A stretch of 64,000 bases of DNA from an uncultured Chloroflexia bacterium (GCA_963712745.1 CAVQJC010000004.1:224001-288000); one strand, 5' to 3'; positions 31,538 through 43,931 are shown, counted from the first letter of the stretch. Made by a program: numbers and translations. The notes: generated by a model from the letters alone, not told the origin.

Positions 31538-32532
31538 CGATGATGGGCGGCCCCTCCGACGCCCGCAGCGGCGGCGGCAACAGCGAGAACCAGCGCGGTG
31601 CACCACGCGACCTGGTCGCCGCCATCGAGGCCTATGCCGACTACCTGCGGGTAGAGCGCGGCCTGGCCGCGGCAACCATCCGCGCCTACGACACCGACCT
31701 GCGGCTGTTCGGCCGCGACGCGCCGGGAGTGGGGCGCTGGGCAGCCTCGCCCGAGCCGGCCCGCGACTACCTCGGGGCCATGACCCGTCCGCCACGCCTG
31801 CTGCGGCCGACCAGCCTGCGGCGCAAGGCCGCCTCGATCCGGGCCTTCTACCGCTTCTGCTACGCCGAGGAGCTCATCGACGCCGACATCGCCGCGCTCA
31901 TCGACCTGCCGCGCCAGATGCAGCGCCTGCCCGACACGCTCGATACGCAGGAGGTGGGGGCGTTGCTCGATGCGACCTCCGGCGACGACCTCGTGAGCCT
32001 GCGCGACCGCGCGCTGCTGGAGCTGCTCTACGCGGCCGGCTTGCGCATCAGCGAGGCCTTGCGCCTCGACCGGCAGGACCTGTCCTTGCGCGGCGGCTTC
32101 GTACGCGTCATCGGCAAAGGTGACAAGGAGCGGCTGGTGCCGGTGGGTGACCTGGCCGTGGCTGCGGTGGAGACCTACCTCGCCGAGCGGGACCGGCTAC
32201 GCGAGCGTGAAGCCGCTGCCGGGGCGCCAACGATGGCCGAGTCCGAGGAGGGCCGGGAGCCGCTCTTCCTCTCGAAGCGGGGGCGACGCCTCGACCGCAT
32301 GGCCGCCTGGCGCGTGATGCGAGCCGCCGCACTCCGCGCCGGGCTGCCCGGGCGTGTCACACCCCACACGTTGCGGCATAGTTTCGCTACCCACCTGCTG
32401 GAAGGCGGAGCCGACCTGCGTGTGGTGCAGGAACTGCTCGGCCACGCCAGTATCACCACCACCCAGCTGTACACGCATATCACCGGAGAGCGGATCCGCC
32501 AGGTCTACGCCCGGGCCCACCCGCGCGCATGA
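31534..32532 (+). CDS. xerD: Tyrosine recombinase XerD
   Basis: RDRALLELLYAAGLRISE, GKGDKERLVP, HTLRHSFATHLLEGGADLRVVQELLGH...TTQLYTH; housekeeping context; start uncertain. Confidence 0.9.
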   Translation: MTMMGGPSDARSGGGNSENQRGAPRDLVAAIEAYADYLRVERGLAAATIRAYDTDLRLFGRDAPGVGRWAASPEPARDYLGAMTRPPRLLRPTSLRRKAASIRAFYRFCYAEELIDADIAALIDLPRQMQRLPDTLDTQEVGALLDATSGDDLVSLRDRALLELLYAAGLRISEALRLDRQDLSLRGGFVRVIGKGDKERLVPVGDLAVAAVETYLAERDRLREREAAAGAPTMAESEEGREPLFLSKRGRRLDRMAAWRVMRAAALRAGLPGRVTPHTLRHSFATHLLEGGADLRVVQELLGHASITTTQLYTHITGERIRQVYARAHPRA

Positions 32533-32553
32533 CAAGAAGGAGGAACGAGCGAG

Positions 32554-33336
32554 ATGGGTAGCTACGCCGAATCGCTGCTCACGCCTGACGAGAGGGTACT
32601 GACCCGTGAACGCCAGCATCCGATCGCGCTCATCCTCGACAGCTGGCCGGCCATCATCCTCTGGGGCATCACCATCCTGCTCGTCGTGGCCCGCATCATC
32701 GTGCCCGACGAGGTCGTCGGCTTCCGGCTCTTCGGTGACGAGACCTGGTTCGGCACCGCCGCCTTGAGCGTCACGCTCGTCACCCTCGTGCTCGGTATCG
32801 CCGTCGTCGCCTGGCGCTGGTGGTGGTGGCGTACCCAGGAGTTCCTGGTCACCAACCGGCGGCTGGTGCTGGCCTGGGGTGTGTTCAACAAGTCGGCCTC
32901 GGACAGCTCACTGGAGAAGATCAACGACGCCCAGCTGCGCGTGAGCTTCTTCGGGCGCATCCTCGACTACGGCCACCTCGAGGTGCTCACCGCGGCGCCC
33001 ATCCAGGGCGCGGACCTGCTGGACCGGCTGAACCACGCCAAGGCCTTCAAGAAGGCCATGATGACCGCCAAGCACGACCTCCAGCGCGATGTCGGCGACG
33101 GTGAGGACTACCCCCGCTCCACTCCCTCAGCAGCGTCGGTGGCCACGACTCCGCCCGCCGCGGCCGAGCCCACCGCAGGACACATCGACGTTTCCGGTGG
33201 CCAGGATCCCCTGCGTGCAGACACGCCCGACGAGGTCACCGCCGTACTCGGCGAGCTGGCCAGGCTGCGCGACGCCGGCACGATCAGCGACGAGGACTAC
33301 GAAGCCAAGAAGACGGAGCTACTCGGTCGCCTGTGA
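32554..33336 (+). CDS. Membrane protein with bacterial PH domain and C-terminal SHOCT
   Basis: 2 TM, FLVTNRRL...GRILDYG, LARLRDAGTISDEDYEAKKTELL; AAGGAGG RBS. Confidence 0.85.
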   Translation: MGSYAESLLTPDERVLTRERQHPIALILDSWPAIILWGITILLVVARIIVPDEVVGFRLFGDETWFGTAALSVTLVTLVLGIAVVAWRWWWWRTQEFLVTNRRLVLAWGVFNKSASDSSLEKINDAQLRVSFFGRILDYGHLEVLTAAPIQGADLLDRLNHAKAFKKAMMTAKHDLQRDVGDGEDYPRSTPSAASVATTPPAAAEPTAGHIDVSGGQDPLRADTPDEVTAVLGELARLRDAGTISDEDYEAKKTELLGRL

Positions 33337-33355
33337 GCCGGCCGACTGATCGACC

Positions 33356-34033
33356 ATGACGCTCGACCCCCAAGACCTCTTCTCGGCGTTCATCGTGGTG
33401 GCCACGATGCTGCTGGTGGGATTCCCTGTGCACGAGGCGCTGCACGCCTGGACGGCCATGAAGCTGGGTGACAACACGGCCCGCTGGATGGGCCGCGTCA
33501 CGCTGGACCCCAGGGTGCATTTCGACCAGATGGGCGCGATCGTGCTTGGCCTGACCGCGGTCTTCAGTGCCGCAGGCGGCGGCATCCTCTTCGGCTGGGC
33601 CAAGCCGACACCGGTCAACCCCATCAACATGCGCTATGGCCGCCGGGGGCATGCGCTCGTGGCCTTCGCCGGTCCGGCCAGCAACCTCGTCGTGGCCATC
33701 CTCGTGGCGGTCATCATGCGTGCCGTCCTCTGGCTCAATCCGCCGGTGTCGCCACTGGTGGACCTGTTGTGGACATCCCTTTGGCTGCTGCTGCGCCTCA
33801 ACGTGGTGCTCTTCATCTTCAACCTCATCCCCATCCCACCGCTGGACGGCTGGAGCGTCTTGAAGGGAATCCTGCCGCGCTCAGCGGCGCGACGGCTCGA
33901 GGAGCTGGAGATCCAGTACGCGAACGTGGTGCCCATGCTCTTCTTCGGCTTCATCATCGTGCTGTTCCTGACCGGCGGCTCGATCCTGGGGCCACTGGTG
34001 TGGGACATCTCGCTGCTCCTGATCGGGCGCTGA
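33356..34033 (+). CDS. Site-2 protease (M50) family metalloprotease
   Basis: HEALH, AGPASN, FNLIPIPPLDG. Confidence 0.93.
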   Translation: MTLDPQDLFSAFIVVATMLLVGFPVHEALHAWTAMKLGDNTARWMGRVTLDPRVHFDQMGAIVLGLTAVFSAAGGGILFGWAKPTPVNPINMRYGRRGHALVAFAGPASNLVVAILVAVIMRAVLWLNPPVSPLVDLLWTSLWLLLRLNVVLFIFNLIPIPPLDGWSVLKGILPRSAARRLEELEIQYANVVPMLFFGFIIVLFLTGGSILGPLVWDISLLLIGR

Positions 34034-34034
34034 C

Positions 34035-34526
34035 GTGGGCTGGTGGGGCACCAAGGTCCGCCAAGCCATGCGTTACGTCTTCGGGCGGGTCAGCGACAGC
34101 GAGCGGCTCGATCTCGTGGGCTGGCTCAGTCCCTCGCAACTGGCCCTCTTCGACGCCATGCACCGGGCCGACCAGCGTCACGGGCTCGACGTGAAAGCCA
34201 CCCTGCGCACCGAGGGATACGACGATCCCGAGCTCCTGCTGGCGGCCCTCCTGCACGACTGCTCGAAGGGTCCGGCCGTGCGGCTGCCGCATCGCGTCGC
34301 ATGGTCGCTCGGGGAGCGCTACGGTGACGCCGTGACCGACACGTTCGCCCGGGTGCCGGGTTTCGACACCGCCTTCGAGCGCTTGCGCCACCACGCTGTC
34401 GACTCCGCCCGGCTCGCGCTCGAGGCTGGCTGCAGCGAGCGGACGGCCGAGCTCATCCGCCACCAGGCCGACCCGCTGGACCCCGATGCCGGCGTGGCGC
34501 TGCGCATGGCCGATGAGGCATGCTGA
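34035..34526 (+). CDS. HD-domain protein
   Basis: DQRHGL, AALLHDCSK, HH motifs, ADE at C-terminus. Confidence 0.8.
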   Translation: MGWWGTKVRQAMRYVFGRVSDSERLDLVGWLSPSQLALFDAMHRADQRHGLDVKATLRTEGYDDPELLLAALLHDCSKGPAVRLPHRVAWSLGERYGDAVTDTFARVPGFDTAFERLRHHAVDSARLALEAGCSERTAELIRHQADPLDPDAGVALRMADEAC

Positions 34527-34548
34527 GGCACATGATGGAGACCGATCG

Positions 34549-35402
34549 ATGACCGAGACGTTGGCCCGCGCGCCCCAGATCGGTGAGCTCGGGGTCGCCG
34601 CGCTGCCGCCGCTGCGTCCGCCGGTCCGCGGGGACACCACGGTGCGCTTCACCGACGCCGAGCATCCCGACCGGGCAGCACACATCTCCGTGGAGGGCTA
34701 CGACGGGCCCCTGGGACTGCTGCTCGGGCTCATCGAGCAACGGGAGCTGGACATCCTGGAGGTGCCGCTGGGCGACCTCGCCGGCGCCTACCTCGAGGCC
34801 CTGGCCGCGCTCGACGAGGAGCAGATGTCGCACATCAGCTCTTTCGTCACCGTCGCCAGCCAGCTCATCCTCATCAAGAGCCGGGCCATCCTGCCGCGCC
34901 CGCCGGTGGTAGCCATCCCGGTGGACGAAGGGCCAGACCCCGAGGCCGCCCTGCGCGAGCGGCTCATCCTCTACCGCCTGTACCGCGACGCCGGTCGCGA
35001 CCTGCGCGGACGGCTCGAGAGCGCCTGGGAGGTCTTCCGCCGCGAGCCCATCGCCGCGGTGGCCTCGGCCAGGGCCGGCTCGCGTCCCGACGAAGGGCCC
35101 CCGCTGGACCCCAATGTGTTGGCGCAGGCACTCGTGCGAGCGCTGCACCAGGTGCCTCCGCTACCGCCGTCGCCGGACGTGGTACCGCGCCTCGTCACGC
35201 TCGAGGAGCGCGCCCGCGTCATCCGCGCGGCGCTGACCGACACGCCGGTGGTCGTGTTGCAGGACCTGCTGGAGGACCTGACCGACAGGGTGGTGGTGGC
35301 GATCACCTTCCTGGCCATGCTCGAGATGGTCAAGGGCCGCGAACTCTCGGTCGAGCAGGAACAGCCCTTCGGACCGATCGTCTGCCGTTCCACGGCAACG
35401 GC

Positions 35403-35406
<4 letters not shown>
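34549..35406 (+). CDS. scpA: Segregation/condensation protein A
   Basis: YDGPLGLLLGLI, LILIKSRAILP, TFLAMLEMVK, QEQPFGPI. Confidence 0.93.
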
Positions 35407-36133
<727 letters not shown>

Positions 36134-36134
<1 letters not shown>

Positions 36135-36910
36135 TGTCTGAACCGGTCCGCGTGCAGAAGGCCCTGGCCGATGCCGGGGTGGCCTCTCGCCGGGCCGCCG
36201 ACGCGCTGGTCGCGGCTGGGCGCGTGACCGTCAATGGGCAGCCCGCCGTGACCGGCCAGCGCGTGGACCCGGCGGTCGACGCGCTCGCGGTCGATGGCCG
36301 CCCGGTGCTGCCCGCGGGCAAACGCACCTACCTCGTGATGCACAAGCCCGCCGGTGTCACCAGCACCGTCAGCGACCGCCACGCCGAGCAGACGGTGCTG
36401 GACCTGCTGCCCGCCGAGCTACGTGGTTCCGGCTCGAGGCTGTACCCGGTCGGCCGTCTCGACAAGGACTCCGAGGGGCTCATCCTGCTCACCGACGACG
36501 GCGACTGGACGCAGCACCTGCTGCACCCGCGCTACGGCGTCGAGCGCGAATACGCGGTCGGGCTACGGGCCCCGCTCGATCCGGCCAGCGCCCAGGCGCT
36601 GACCTCGGGCATCGAGCTTGACGAGGGCCTGGCCACGCTGGTCGGCCTGCGTCGGTCCACGCGCGTCGAGGCTGCGCGCCTGGAGGACCGAGATGACCCA
36701 CGCGGACCGCTGGCCTGGTATCGGGCCGTGATCACGCAGGGCTGGAAGCGTCAGTTGCGGCGGATGTTCGCGGCCGTCGGGACCCCGGTTGAGCGGCTGG
36801 TCCGGGTCCGGATCGGCACGCTCCGCCTCGATGACATGGCGCCGGGTGCGGTGCGCCCCCTGAGCAGTCCCGAGCGCGAGCGGCTGGCAGCGACCCGGAA
36901 GGGCCGGTGA
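36134..36910 (+). CDS. rluB: rRNA pseudouridine synthase (RluB/RsuA family)
   Basis: S4 VQKALADAGVASRR; YPVGRLDKDSEGL. Confidence 0.9.
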
Positions 36911-37593
36911 GCGGCCCCCGCGTGGCCCTCGACGGCCCCGGCTCGAGCGGCAAGACGTCGGTCGGTGCCGCCGCGGCCGCGCGTCTCGGCTATCACTTCC
37001 TCGACACCGGCGTCGTCTACCGGGCCGTCACCCTCCTGAGCGTGATACGGGGCATCGATGCGGAGGACCAGGATGCACTCGTGGCGGTCGTACCCGACCT
37101 GTCCCTCGCGCCCGATGAGCAAGGCAACATGAGACTGGTCCTCATCGACGGCGAGGACGTGACCGCACGGCTCCACGTGCCGGAGGTCGACCGGCGGGTC
37201 AGCGCCGTCTCGGCCCAGCCGAAGGTGAGAGCGGCCCTGCTCGAGCGGCAGCGCGAGGTCGCGGCACCGGGCTACGTCATCCTCGCCGGCCGGGACATCG
37301 GCACGGTGGTACTGCCGGACGCGGAGCTCAAGCTTTGGCTGGAGGTGTCGGCCGAGGAGCGCGCTCGTCGGCGTGCCGCCCAGCGGGGCCATTCGCTCGA
37401 GTCGGAAGAGGGCCAGACCATCCTCGCCGACCTGCGCCGTCGCGACCATCTCGACAGCACCCGCGAGACCGCGCCGCTGCGCGTCGCTGACGACGCTGTC
37501 ATCGTCCACAGTGACGGGCGGGACTTCGATGACACCGTGAACGAGGTCGTCCGTGTCATCCGGGAACACACGCAACAGGGGACCAGCGCATGA
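36907..37593 (+). CDS. cmk: Cytidylate kinase
   Basis: ALDGPGSSGKTS, LDTGVVYR, GRDIGTVVLPDA. Confidence 0.96.
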   Translation: MSGPRVALDGPGSSGKTSVGAAAAARLGYHFLDTGVVYRAVTLLSVIRGIDAEDQDALVAVVPDLSLAPDEQGNMRLVLIDGEDVTARLHVPEVDRRVSAVSAQPKVRAALLERQREVAAPGYVILAGRDIGTVVLPDAELKLWLEVSAEERARRRAAQRGHSLESEEGQTILADLRRRDHLDSTRETAPLRVADDAVIVHSDGRDFDDTVNEVVRVIREHTQQGTSA

Positions 37594-38267
37594 GTGAATT
37601 CCAGGCCATGGGCGCCTATCCCACCTTCGTCGCAGGCCTCTGCCGTTTCGTGGCCCAGTCGATCGCCCGGGTGAAGGTCGAGGGGCTCGACGGCCTGCCC
37701 CGGCAGGGACCGCTCATCCTTGCGGCCAACCACATGAGCAACGCCGATCCGCCCTTCATCGGCGGCTGGCTCGGCCCGGCGCTCGGCCGCCGGCCCACCT
37801 TCCTGGCCAAGGACTCGTTGTTCAAGGGCCCCCTGGGTCTGCTCATCCGTTCGCTGGGGGCGGAGCCGGTGAAGGCCGGCGGCAGCGACATCGGCGCCTA
37901 CCGCGCAGCCAAGTCCATCCTTGACAGGGGTGGCGTGGTGGCCATCCTGCCGGAGGGTACGCGCTCGTTCGATGGTGTCATGGGCGACCCCAAGCCAGGC
38001 GTCTCGCTGCTGGCCACGCGCACCGGCACGCCCGTGCTGCCCATCGGCATCAGCGGCACCGACGACCTCATCGCCCGGGAGCAACTGCTGCCCAATATCG
38101 GTAGCCGCGTCATCTTGCGCGCCGGGCCCCCGTTCACGCTCACCATCCCGCCGGGGGCGGACCGCAGGGCAGCGCTGGCCGACGCCGATGAGGAGCTCAT
38201 GCGCCGCATCGCGGCGCTGGTCGAACCCCGCCACCGCGGCGAGTGGGAGCCCTGGCCGGAGGCCTGA
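37590..38267 (+). CDS. plsC: Lysophospholipid acyltransferase (PlsC family)
   Basis: NHMSNAD, FLAK, PEGTRS. Confidence 0.9.
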   Translation: MSEFQAMGAYPTFVAGLCRFVAQSIARVKVEGLDGLPRQGPLILAANHMSNADPPFIGGWLGPALGRRPTFLAKDSLFKGPLGLLIRSLGAEPVKAGGSDIGAYRAAKSILDRGGVVAILPEGTRSFDGVMGDPKPGVSLLATRTGTPVLPIGISGTDDLIAREQLLPNIGSRVILRAGPPFTLTIPPGADRRAALADADEELMRRIAALVEPRHRGEWEPWPEA

Positions 38268-38337
38268 CGACCGCGCTCGGGGTAGGCGAACCTGGTTTCA
38301 CGCCATCGTCAAGAAGCGATGCGATACTTGCCGTCCC

Positions 38338-39285
38338 ATGGGAACCGTCTCCGAAGTCCGCATCGCCCGCCGCACCGGCTTCTGCTATGGCGTGCGCGAG
38401 GCCATCGACGCGGCGCGCATCAGCGCCGCCGAGGGCAAGAAGACGCACACGCTCGGCCAGGTCGTCCACAACGAGGGTGTCATCAAGGGCTTGCGCGACC
38501 AGGGCATCGTCTCGGTCAAGGAGCTCGACGAGGTCGATGAAGGCGCGGCCGTCGTCATCCGCGCCCACGGCGTGACGCCGGAGGTCATGGCCCGTGCGGA
38601 GGAGAAGGGTCTCGACGTCATCGACGGCACCTGCAGCTGGGTGACCCAGGAGCAGAAGGAGCTGGCCAAGCTGGTCGAGGAGGGCTACACCATCGTCCTG
38701 CTCGGGACGCCCAACCACCCCGAGGTCGTGGGCCTGCTGGGCTACGCGCCGGACGCCATCCTCGTCGACGAAGAGGAGGACTGGGACCAGATCCCGAGGC
38801 GCAAGCGCATGGCCCTGCTCACGCAGTCGACGCAGCCGCCGTGGAAGTTCGAGCAGCTGGCCGGCTACCTGACCACCCGCGCGCACGAGCTCAAGATCGT
38901 CAACACCGTCTGCCCGGTCACCATCCGCCGCCAGCAGGACACCACCGACCTGGCAGAGGCGGTCGACCTCGTGGTCGTCGTTGGCGGCCGCAACAGCGCC
39001 AACACCAAGGAGCTCACGCGCCTCGTGGGCATCGTGGGCAAGCCCGCCGTCCAGGTCGAACGCGCCGCGGATCTCGGTGACCCAGCCGCCTTCGACGGTC
39101 ACGTCATTGTGGGCGTGACCGGCGGCACCTCCACGCCCATCGAAGACCTCGAAGCGGTGGCGGCGCGCATCTATGAGCTCGCCGGCGTGCCCGAGAGGCA
39201 GGAGCGTGCTGTTCAGCTGGCCCACCAGGCCGTCACCGCGGTGGCCGAGTCGGCCTACCGCAGCTCGTCGCTGCCCGCCGCCTAG
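38338..39285 (+). CDS. ispH: 4-hydroxy-3-methylbut-2-enyl diphosphate reductase
   Basis: GFCYGV, VHN, IRAHG, DGTC, HPEV, NTVC, SANT, GTSTP. Confidence 0.96.
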   Translation: MGTVSEVRIARRTGFCYGVREAIDAARISAAEGKKTHTLGQVVHNEGVIKGLRDQGIVSVKELDEVDEGAAVVIRAHGVTPEVMARAEEKGLDVIDGTCSWVTQEQKELAKLVEEGYTIVLLGTPNHPEVVGLLGYAPDAILVDEEEDWDQIPRRKRMALLTQSTQPPWKFEQLAGYLTTRAHELKIVNTVCPVTIRRQQDTTDLAEAVDLVVVVGGRNSANTKELTRLVGIVGKPAVQVERAADLGDPAAFDGHVIVGVTGGTSTPIEDLEAVAARIYELAGVPERQERAVQLAHQAVTAVAESAYRSSSLPAA

Positions 39286-39296
39286 CTCCGACCGCC

Positions 39297-40886
39297 ATGC
39301 CGACCCGCCGCACACGCCGTCGCCCCCGCTCCATCGACCGGGACACGCCCGCCGCGGGCCTGCCCGTGGTGGCCGTCGTGGGCCGGCCCAACGTGGGCAA
39401 GTCGACGCTCTTCAACCGCATCGTCGGGGAGCGCAAGGCCATCGTCGAGGACCGGGCCCGCACCACGCGCGACCGTCTCTACGGCGTAGCCGAGTGGAAC
39501 GGTCGCCGATACGTCGTCATCGACACGGGCGGCATGGAGATCGACCCCGGTGACGCCATCGAGGAGCGCGTGCAGGATCAGGCCAGACTGGCCATCGAGG
39601 AAGCCGAAGTCATCGTCTTCGTGGTCGATGCCGCGGCCGGCCAGACGCCCGCCGACCAGGAGGTGGCGCAGACGCTGCGACGCGCCCAGGCACCGGTGAT
39701 CATGGCCATCAACAAGGCCGACAACGAGAAGCTCGAGCTGCAAGGCCACGAGTTCCTGCGCCTGGGCTGGGAGGATTGGCACGCAGTCAGCGCGCTCCAC
39801 GGACGCGGCACCGGCGACCTGCTCGACGCCATCGTCGAAGCGCTCCCGGAGGAGTCCTTCGATGAGCTCGAGCGCAAGCGCCGCGAAGACGAGGCCGACG
39901 ACCTGGCCGAGCGTATCGACGAAGGCATCCTGCCCGAGAGCGAGCAAGAGGCGGCGGCCGCGGACGACGGACTGAGCGGCGAGGCCTGGTTCGACGAGGA
40001 GATGCCGACCCCGCGCATCGCCATCGTGGGCCGGCCCAACGTGGGCAAGTCGTCGCTGCTCAACCAGCTGCTGGGCGAGGAGCGCGCCATCGTGAGCGAC
40101 ATCCCCGGCACCACCCGCGACGCCATCGACACCATGCTCACCTGGCAGGACCGCGAGGTACGGCTCGTCGACACCGCCGGCCTGCGCCGTCGTGGCAAGG
40201 TCGCGTCAGGGCCCGCGGCCGAACGCTACTCGGCGCTGCGGGCACTCAAGGCCATCGGCCGCGCCGACGTCTGCGTGCTCGTGCTCGACGCGCAGGACGG
40301 GCTGGCCGCTCAGGACGCCCACGTCGCCGGCTACGTCGTGGACGAGGGCGTGGGACTGGTCCTGGCCATCAACAAGTGGGACCTGGTGGAGAAGGACGAC
40401 AAGACGTTCGAGGAGTACGTCGCCCGTGTCCGCAGGCAGGCCCCGTTCCTCCACTTCGCACCGGTGGTGGCCATCAGCGCGCTTACCGGCCAGCGGGCCG
40501 GGCGTGTGCTCGACGAGGCGCTGCTGATCGCCGCCGAGCGCCGCCGGCGCATCCCCACCGCACGCCTGAACAAGGTGCTCTCCGAGGCCGTCTCACGCCA
40601 CCAGCCCCCAGCCGTCAAGGGCCGCCGGCCGCGTTTCTACTACGCCACCCAGGCCACCATCGAGCCGCCCACGTTCGTGCTTTTCGCAGCGGATGCGAAG
40701 TCCGTGCACTTCAGCTACCAACGCTTCCTCGAGAACCGCATCCGCGACGCCTTCGACTTCGAAGGCACGCCGCTGCGCCTCATCTTCCGCGAGCGCTCGA
40801 AGGTGCAGCTCGAGCCCAAGAAGCGCAAGCCGCGAGCGAAGCCGGGCAAGACACCGACCAAGAAGTCCCGACGCAAGGGCTCCTGA
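39297..40886 (+). CDS. der: Ribosome biogenesis GTPase Der
   Basis: Two GRPNVGKS G-domains, DTGG/DTAG, KH-like C-domain (FEGTPLR). Confidence 0.97.
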   Translation: MPTRRTRRRPRSIDRDTPAAGLPVVAVVGRPNVGKSTLFNRIVGERKAIVEDRARTTRDRLYGVAEWNGRRYVVIDTGGMEIDPGDAIEERVQDQARLAIEEAEVIVFVVDAAAGQTPADQEVAQTLRRAQAPVIMAINKADNEKLELQGHEFLRLGWEDWHAVSALHGRGTGDLLDAIVEALPEESFDELERKRREDEADDLAERIDEGILPESEQEAAAADDGLSGEAWFDEEMPTPRIAIVGRPNVGKSSLLNQLLGEERAIVSDIPGTTRDAIDTMLTWQDREVRLVDTAGLRRRGKVASGPAAERYSALRALKAIGRADVCVLVLDAQDGLAAQDAHVAGYVVDEGVGLVLAINKWDLVEKDDKTFEEYVARVRRQAPFLHFAPVVAISALTGQRAGRVLDEALLIAAERRRRIPTARLNKVLSEAVSRHQPPAVKGRRPRFYYATQATIEPPTFVLFAADAKSVHFSYQRFLENRIRDAFDFEGTPLRLIFRERSKVQLEPKKRKPRAKPGKTPTKKSRRKGS

Positions 40887-41905
40887 TGCCGAGCGACGGG
40901 CCCGGCGTGGCAGTCGTCGGCGCCGGCGCCTGGGGTACCACGCTGGCCTTGCTGTTGTCGAAGGCAGAGCCCGTGATGCTGCTGGCGCGCGACGAGGCGC
41001 ACGCGGTCACACTGCGGAAGGACGGACAGAACCGGCACTACCTGCCGGGTGTGCCCATCGGCGAACGGGTCACCGTCACGGCCGACCCGAGCGCGCTGGC
41101 ATCCGCCTCGGAGCTGGTGGTGCTGGCCGTGCCCTCGGTAGCCATGCGCGCGACCGCCGAGTCCGTGGCCCCGTTCCTGCCCCACGGCGCGGTCTTGCTG
41201 TCGGTGGCCAAGGGCATCGAGGGCGACACGCTCTTGCGCATGACCGAGGTCGTGGCAGCCGAGGTGCCGGCCGCGGCGGGTCGCGTGGCGGCGTTGTCGG
41301 GGCCGAACCTGGCCCTGGAGATCTCCCGGGGGTTGCCGGCGGCAGCCGTGGTGGCGGCGGAGGACGATGCCGTCAGCAGACGAGTAGTGGAACGGCTTGG
41401 CGGGCGGACGTTCCGCCTCTACCGCAACCGGGACCTGGTCGGCGTCGAGCTGGCGGGGGCGCTCAAGAACATCGTGGCCATCGTGGCCGGAGCGGTCGAG
41501 GAGCTCGGGGCAGGGGACAACGCCAAGGCCGCCATCACCACGCGCGGTCTGGCCGAGATGACCCGCCTGGGGGTAGCCATGGGCGCCAACGCGCTGACCT
41601 TTGCCGGGCTCGCAGGGATCGGCGACATCCTCGCGACCTCGACCTCCGCGCTCTCGCGCAACCACCGCCTGGGCGTCGAGCTGGCCTCGGGCCGGGCCTG
41701 GCCAGAGATCGAGGGCACGCTACCCGGTGTGGCCGAGGGTGCCTATACCGTCAGGGCCGCGGTGGCGCTGGCCGAACGCCACCACGTGGAGATGCCCATC
41801 GCCCGCGAGGTGCACGCGGTGCTCTACGATGGCAAGGATGTCCGAGCCTCGGTCGTGGACCTTCTGGCTCGGGAGTCGAAGGATGAGCTGACAGGAAGGG
41901 CCTGA
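40886..41905 (+). CDS. gpsA: NAD(P)H-dependent glycerol-3-phosphate dehydrogenase
   Basis: VVGAGAWGT, KGIE, LSGPN, GALKN, GLAGIGD, SRN. Confidence 0.96.
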   Translation: MPSDGPGVAVVGAGAWGTTLALLLSKAEPVMLLARDEAHAVTLRKDGQNRHYLPGVPIGERVTVTADPSALASASELVVLAVPSVAMRATAESVAPFLPHGAVLLSVAKGIEGDTLLRMTEVVAAEVPAAAGRVAALSGPNLALEISRGLPAAAVVAAEDDAVSRRVVERLGGRTFRLYRNRDLVGVELAGALKNIVAIVAGAVEELGAGDNAKAAITTRGLAEMTRLGVAMGANALTFAGLAGIGDILATSTSALSRNHRLGVELASGRAWPEIEGTLPGVAEGAYTVRAAVALAERHHVEMPIAREVHAVLYDGKDVRASVVDLLARESKDELTGRA

Positions 41906-42726
41906 TGTCTGCGCGGTTGGCCGCCCTCGCCCTGGCCATGTCGATCCTGGTCTTGCCAGCGTCCGTCGCCGCGGCAGACCAACCCGCGGCGGAGGGGTTC
42001 AGCTGGCCCATCCAGCGATGGCTGGAGGCGACCCAGCTGGAGGTGGACCCCTTGGCCCTGCTGAAGGACGAGCGCCCACGAGCGACCGCGGTGCGTGCCG
42101 GGCCCCGTGCCAGCGGCGCCGTCGCGCTGACCTTCGATGACGGCCTCAACAGCGGGGCCTGCGCCCGTATCGCTGACACCCTCCGCCTCCACGAAGCGGT
42201 CGGCACGTTCTTCATCAACGGCAACTGGCTCAAGTCGGACCCGGCAGGCTGGCGCGGCATCCTCGACGGCATGGAAGTGGGCAATCACACCCGCTCGCAC
42301 TACGACCTGACCGGCGAACCGAACCGGGTCGTGCTCAAGCAGATCCTTGAGAACGAGAACATCCACGAGCAGGTCCTGGGCCGGCCGATGCTCAAGGTAT
42401 TGCGGCCCCCGTACGGGGCCCACAACGACCGCATCCGGCGACTCGCCGCGGAAGCTGGCTACGACCGGCTCGCCATGTGGAACGTCGATACGCAGGACTG
42501 GAAGCCCAAGAGCACCGCCCAGAAGATCGTGCGGCGTGCCATCGGAGCTCGGCCCGGCTCGATCATCCTGATGCACTGCTCGCGATCTGCCACCGTCAAG
42601 GCGCTGCCGGCGATCATCCGCCACTACCAGCGGCGCGGTATCGAGCTGGCCGGCCTGAGCAAGGTGATGAAGGGCGCCAAGGGGAACCGCGGGGCGCCGG
42701 CACCGGAACCATACGGCAGGCCCTGA
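41905..42726 (+). CDS. Secreted polysaccharide deacetylase (NodB/CE4)
   Basis: Signal peptide; LTFDDG, NHTRSH, RPPYG, DTQDW, IILMH. Confidence 0.92.
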   Translation: MSARLAALALAMSILVLPASVAAADQPAAEGFSWPIQRWLEATQLEVDPLALLKDERPRATAVRAGPRASGAVALTFDDGLNSGACARIADTLRLHEAVGTFFINGNWLKSDPAGWRGILDGMEVGNHTRSHYDLTGEPNRVVLKQILENENIHEQVLGRPMLKVLRPPYGAHNDRIRRLAAEAGYDRLAMWNVDTQDWKPKSTAQKIVRRAIGARPGSIILMHCSRSATVKALPAIIRHYQRRGIELAGLSKVMKGAKGNRGAPAPEPYGRP

Positions 42727-42759
42727 CCGAACACGTAGGCCGTTCACGAGATCCGTTCA

Positions 42760-43743
42760 GTGGCCCAGCGGACGGGCAGGTGTGCAGACCACCGGTCCGG
42801 TGGGCTCGAGTGCAGTACCTGTCGCCCATGGGCCCCGGGCCATCGCGCTGCCACCGTGACCGTCCCAAGCCTGCCAAGAGTGAGACGAGCCGTGGCCCAC
42901 GCAAGCGTGACATCCGTAGCGACGACCTTCACACCGGCCAGACCACAGGAGCAGGCGGCCCCAACGCCTCACGACGACCACGCCGGCTTCACGCTCTGGC
43001 TCCTTGGACTCAGCGCCATCACCCTCGTCTTCGCCTCGCTGCTCTCGCTGGGGCTGACCATCCGCGGCGGAGATCTCGCCGGCGCAGCCGCCGCGGTCGT
43101 CATCGGGTACGTCGTGTTCGTGTCGGTCGTCGGCGTCGTCTCACTCGCCTATTTCGTGGTCGTGGGACAGAAGAGCGGACTCCTCGCCTCGACCGAGCGG
43201 GGCACCCAGCTGGAAGCTGACCAGGCCAGCGGCCACGGACTGAGGGTCGCCCCGGTCGTGCCGCCGCGCAGAAGCATCGACAGCGCACTCGCGGCGTGGC
43301 CGCGCGAAACGGGACGGGCGTCTCCATCGCTGGTCTCCCAGCATCGACAGCTGCCCGCCGCGGCTGCGACGCATCGTCACCGCGCGAAGCCTGCACCGGG
43401 TCGCGATACCGCGCCTCGTCCGCTGCTTCCGTCCCGACCGGCCCCGCCCCTACGCCCTGCCGCTTCGCAGGCGGCAGCGCTCCAGCTGCGCGTGGCGAGC
43501 CTGCGAGTGCCTCCCCCGAGCGATCGGCCCTCGCACTTCTACGTCGACCGCCTCCGCGCCCAGGACATGCGTCGCGTGTACCCGGCGCCGGTCCGAAGGG
43601 CCTGGCCTGTCACTCCGGTCGCGCGCCCGCCGTATGTCCCACCCACGCCCGTCCGTCAGCCCGCACCGGAGGCGCGTCCATATCACGTGCCGACGGTGCC
43701 GATGGTGCCGCGCCACGTCGTGCAGCCGATGGCGCGACGGTAG
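42760..43743 (+). CDS. Hypothetical 2-TM protein with Pro/Arg/Ala-rich tail (start uncertain, possibly GTG 42907)
   Basis: Two clear hydrophobic helices; long open frame. Confidence 0.55.
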   Translation: MAQRTGRCADHRSGGLECSTCRPWAPGHRAATVTVPSLPRVRRAVAHASVTSVATTFTPARPQEQAAPTPHDDHAGFTLWLLGLSAITLVFASLLSLGLTIRGGDLAGAAAAVVIGYVVFVSVVGVVSLAYFVVVGQKSGLLASTERGTQLEADQASGHGLRVAPVVPPRRSIDSALAAWPRETGRASPSLVSQHRQLPAAAATHRHRAKPAPGRDTAPRPLLPSRPAPPLRPAASQAAALQLRVASLRVPPPSDRPSHFYVDRLRAQDMRRVYPAPVRRAWPVTPVARPPYVPPTPVRQPAPEARPYHVPTVPMVPRHVVQPMARR

Positions 43744-43804
43744 GCTCCACCCAGCGCTGGCGCCGAGCCTGCTCAGTGAGTCGGTGCTAGACTCCGAGCG
43801 CCGT

Positions 43805-43881
43805 CGGGGCGTGGCGCAGCCTGGTAGCGCACTTGACTGGGGGTCAAGAGGTCGCTGGTTCAAATCCAGTCGCCCCGACCA
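43805..43881 (+). tRNA. tRNA-Pro (GGG)
   Basis: Cloverleaf: CGGGGCG/CGCCCCG acceptor, CTTGA-CTGGGGG-TCAAG anticodon arm, TTCAAAT T-loop, encoded CCA; TGcTAGACT extended -10 upstream. Confidence 0.97.
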
Positions 43882-43900
43882 CAACTCCAAGCGTGAAACG

Positions 43901-43931
43901 GGCCTCCTTGGACACCAGGGAGGTCTTTCTT
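43901..43931 (+). terminator. Intrinsic terminator after tRNA-Pro
   Basis: ggcctccttgg-aca-ccagggaggtc stem followed by tttctt. Confidence 0.7.

Noticed and set aside
31534-32532. Tyrosine recombinase as a mobile-element integrase
   Set aside because: Sequence motifs and the nadK...scpAB neighbourhood match housekeeping XerD.
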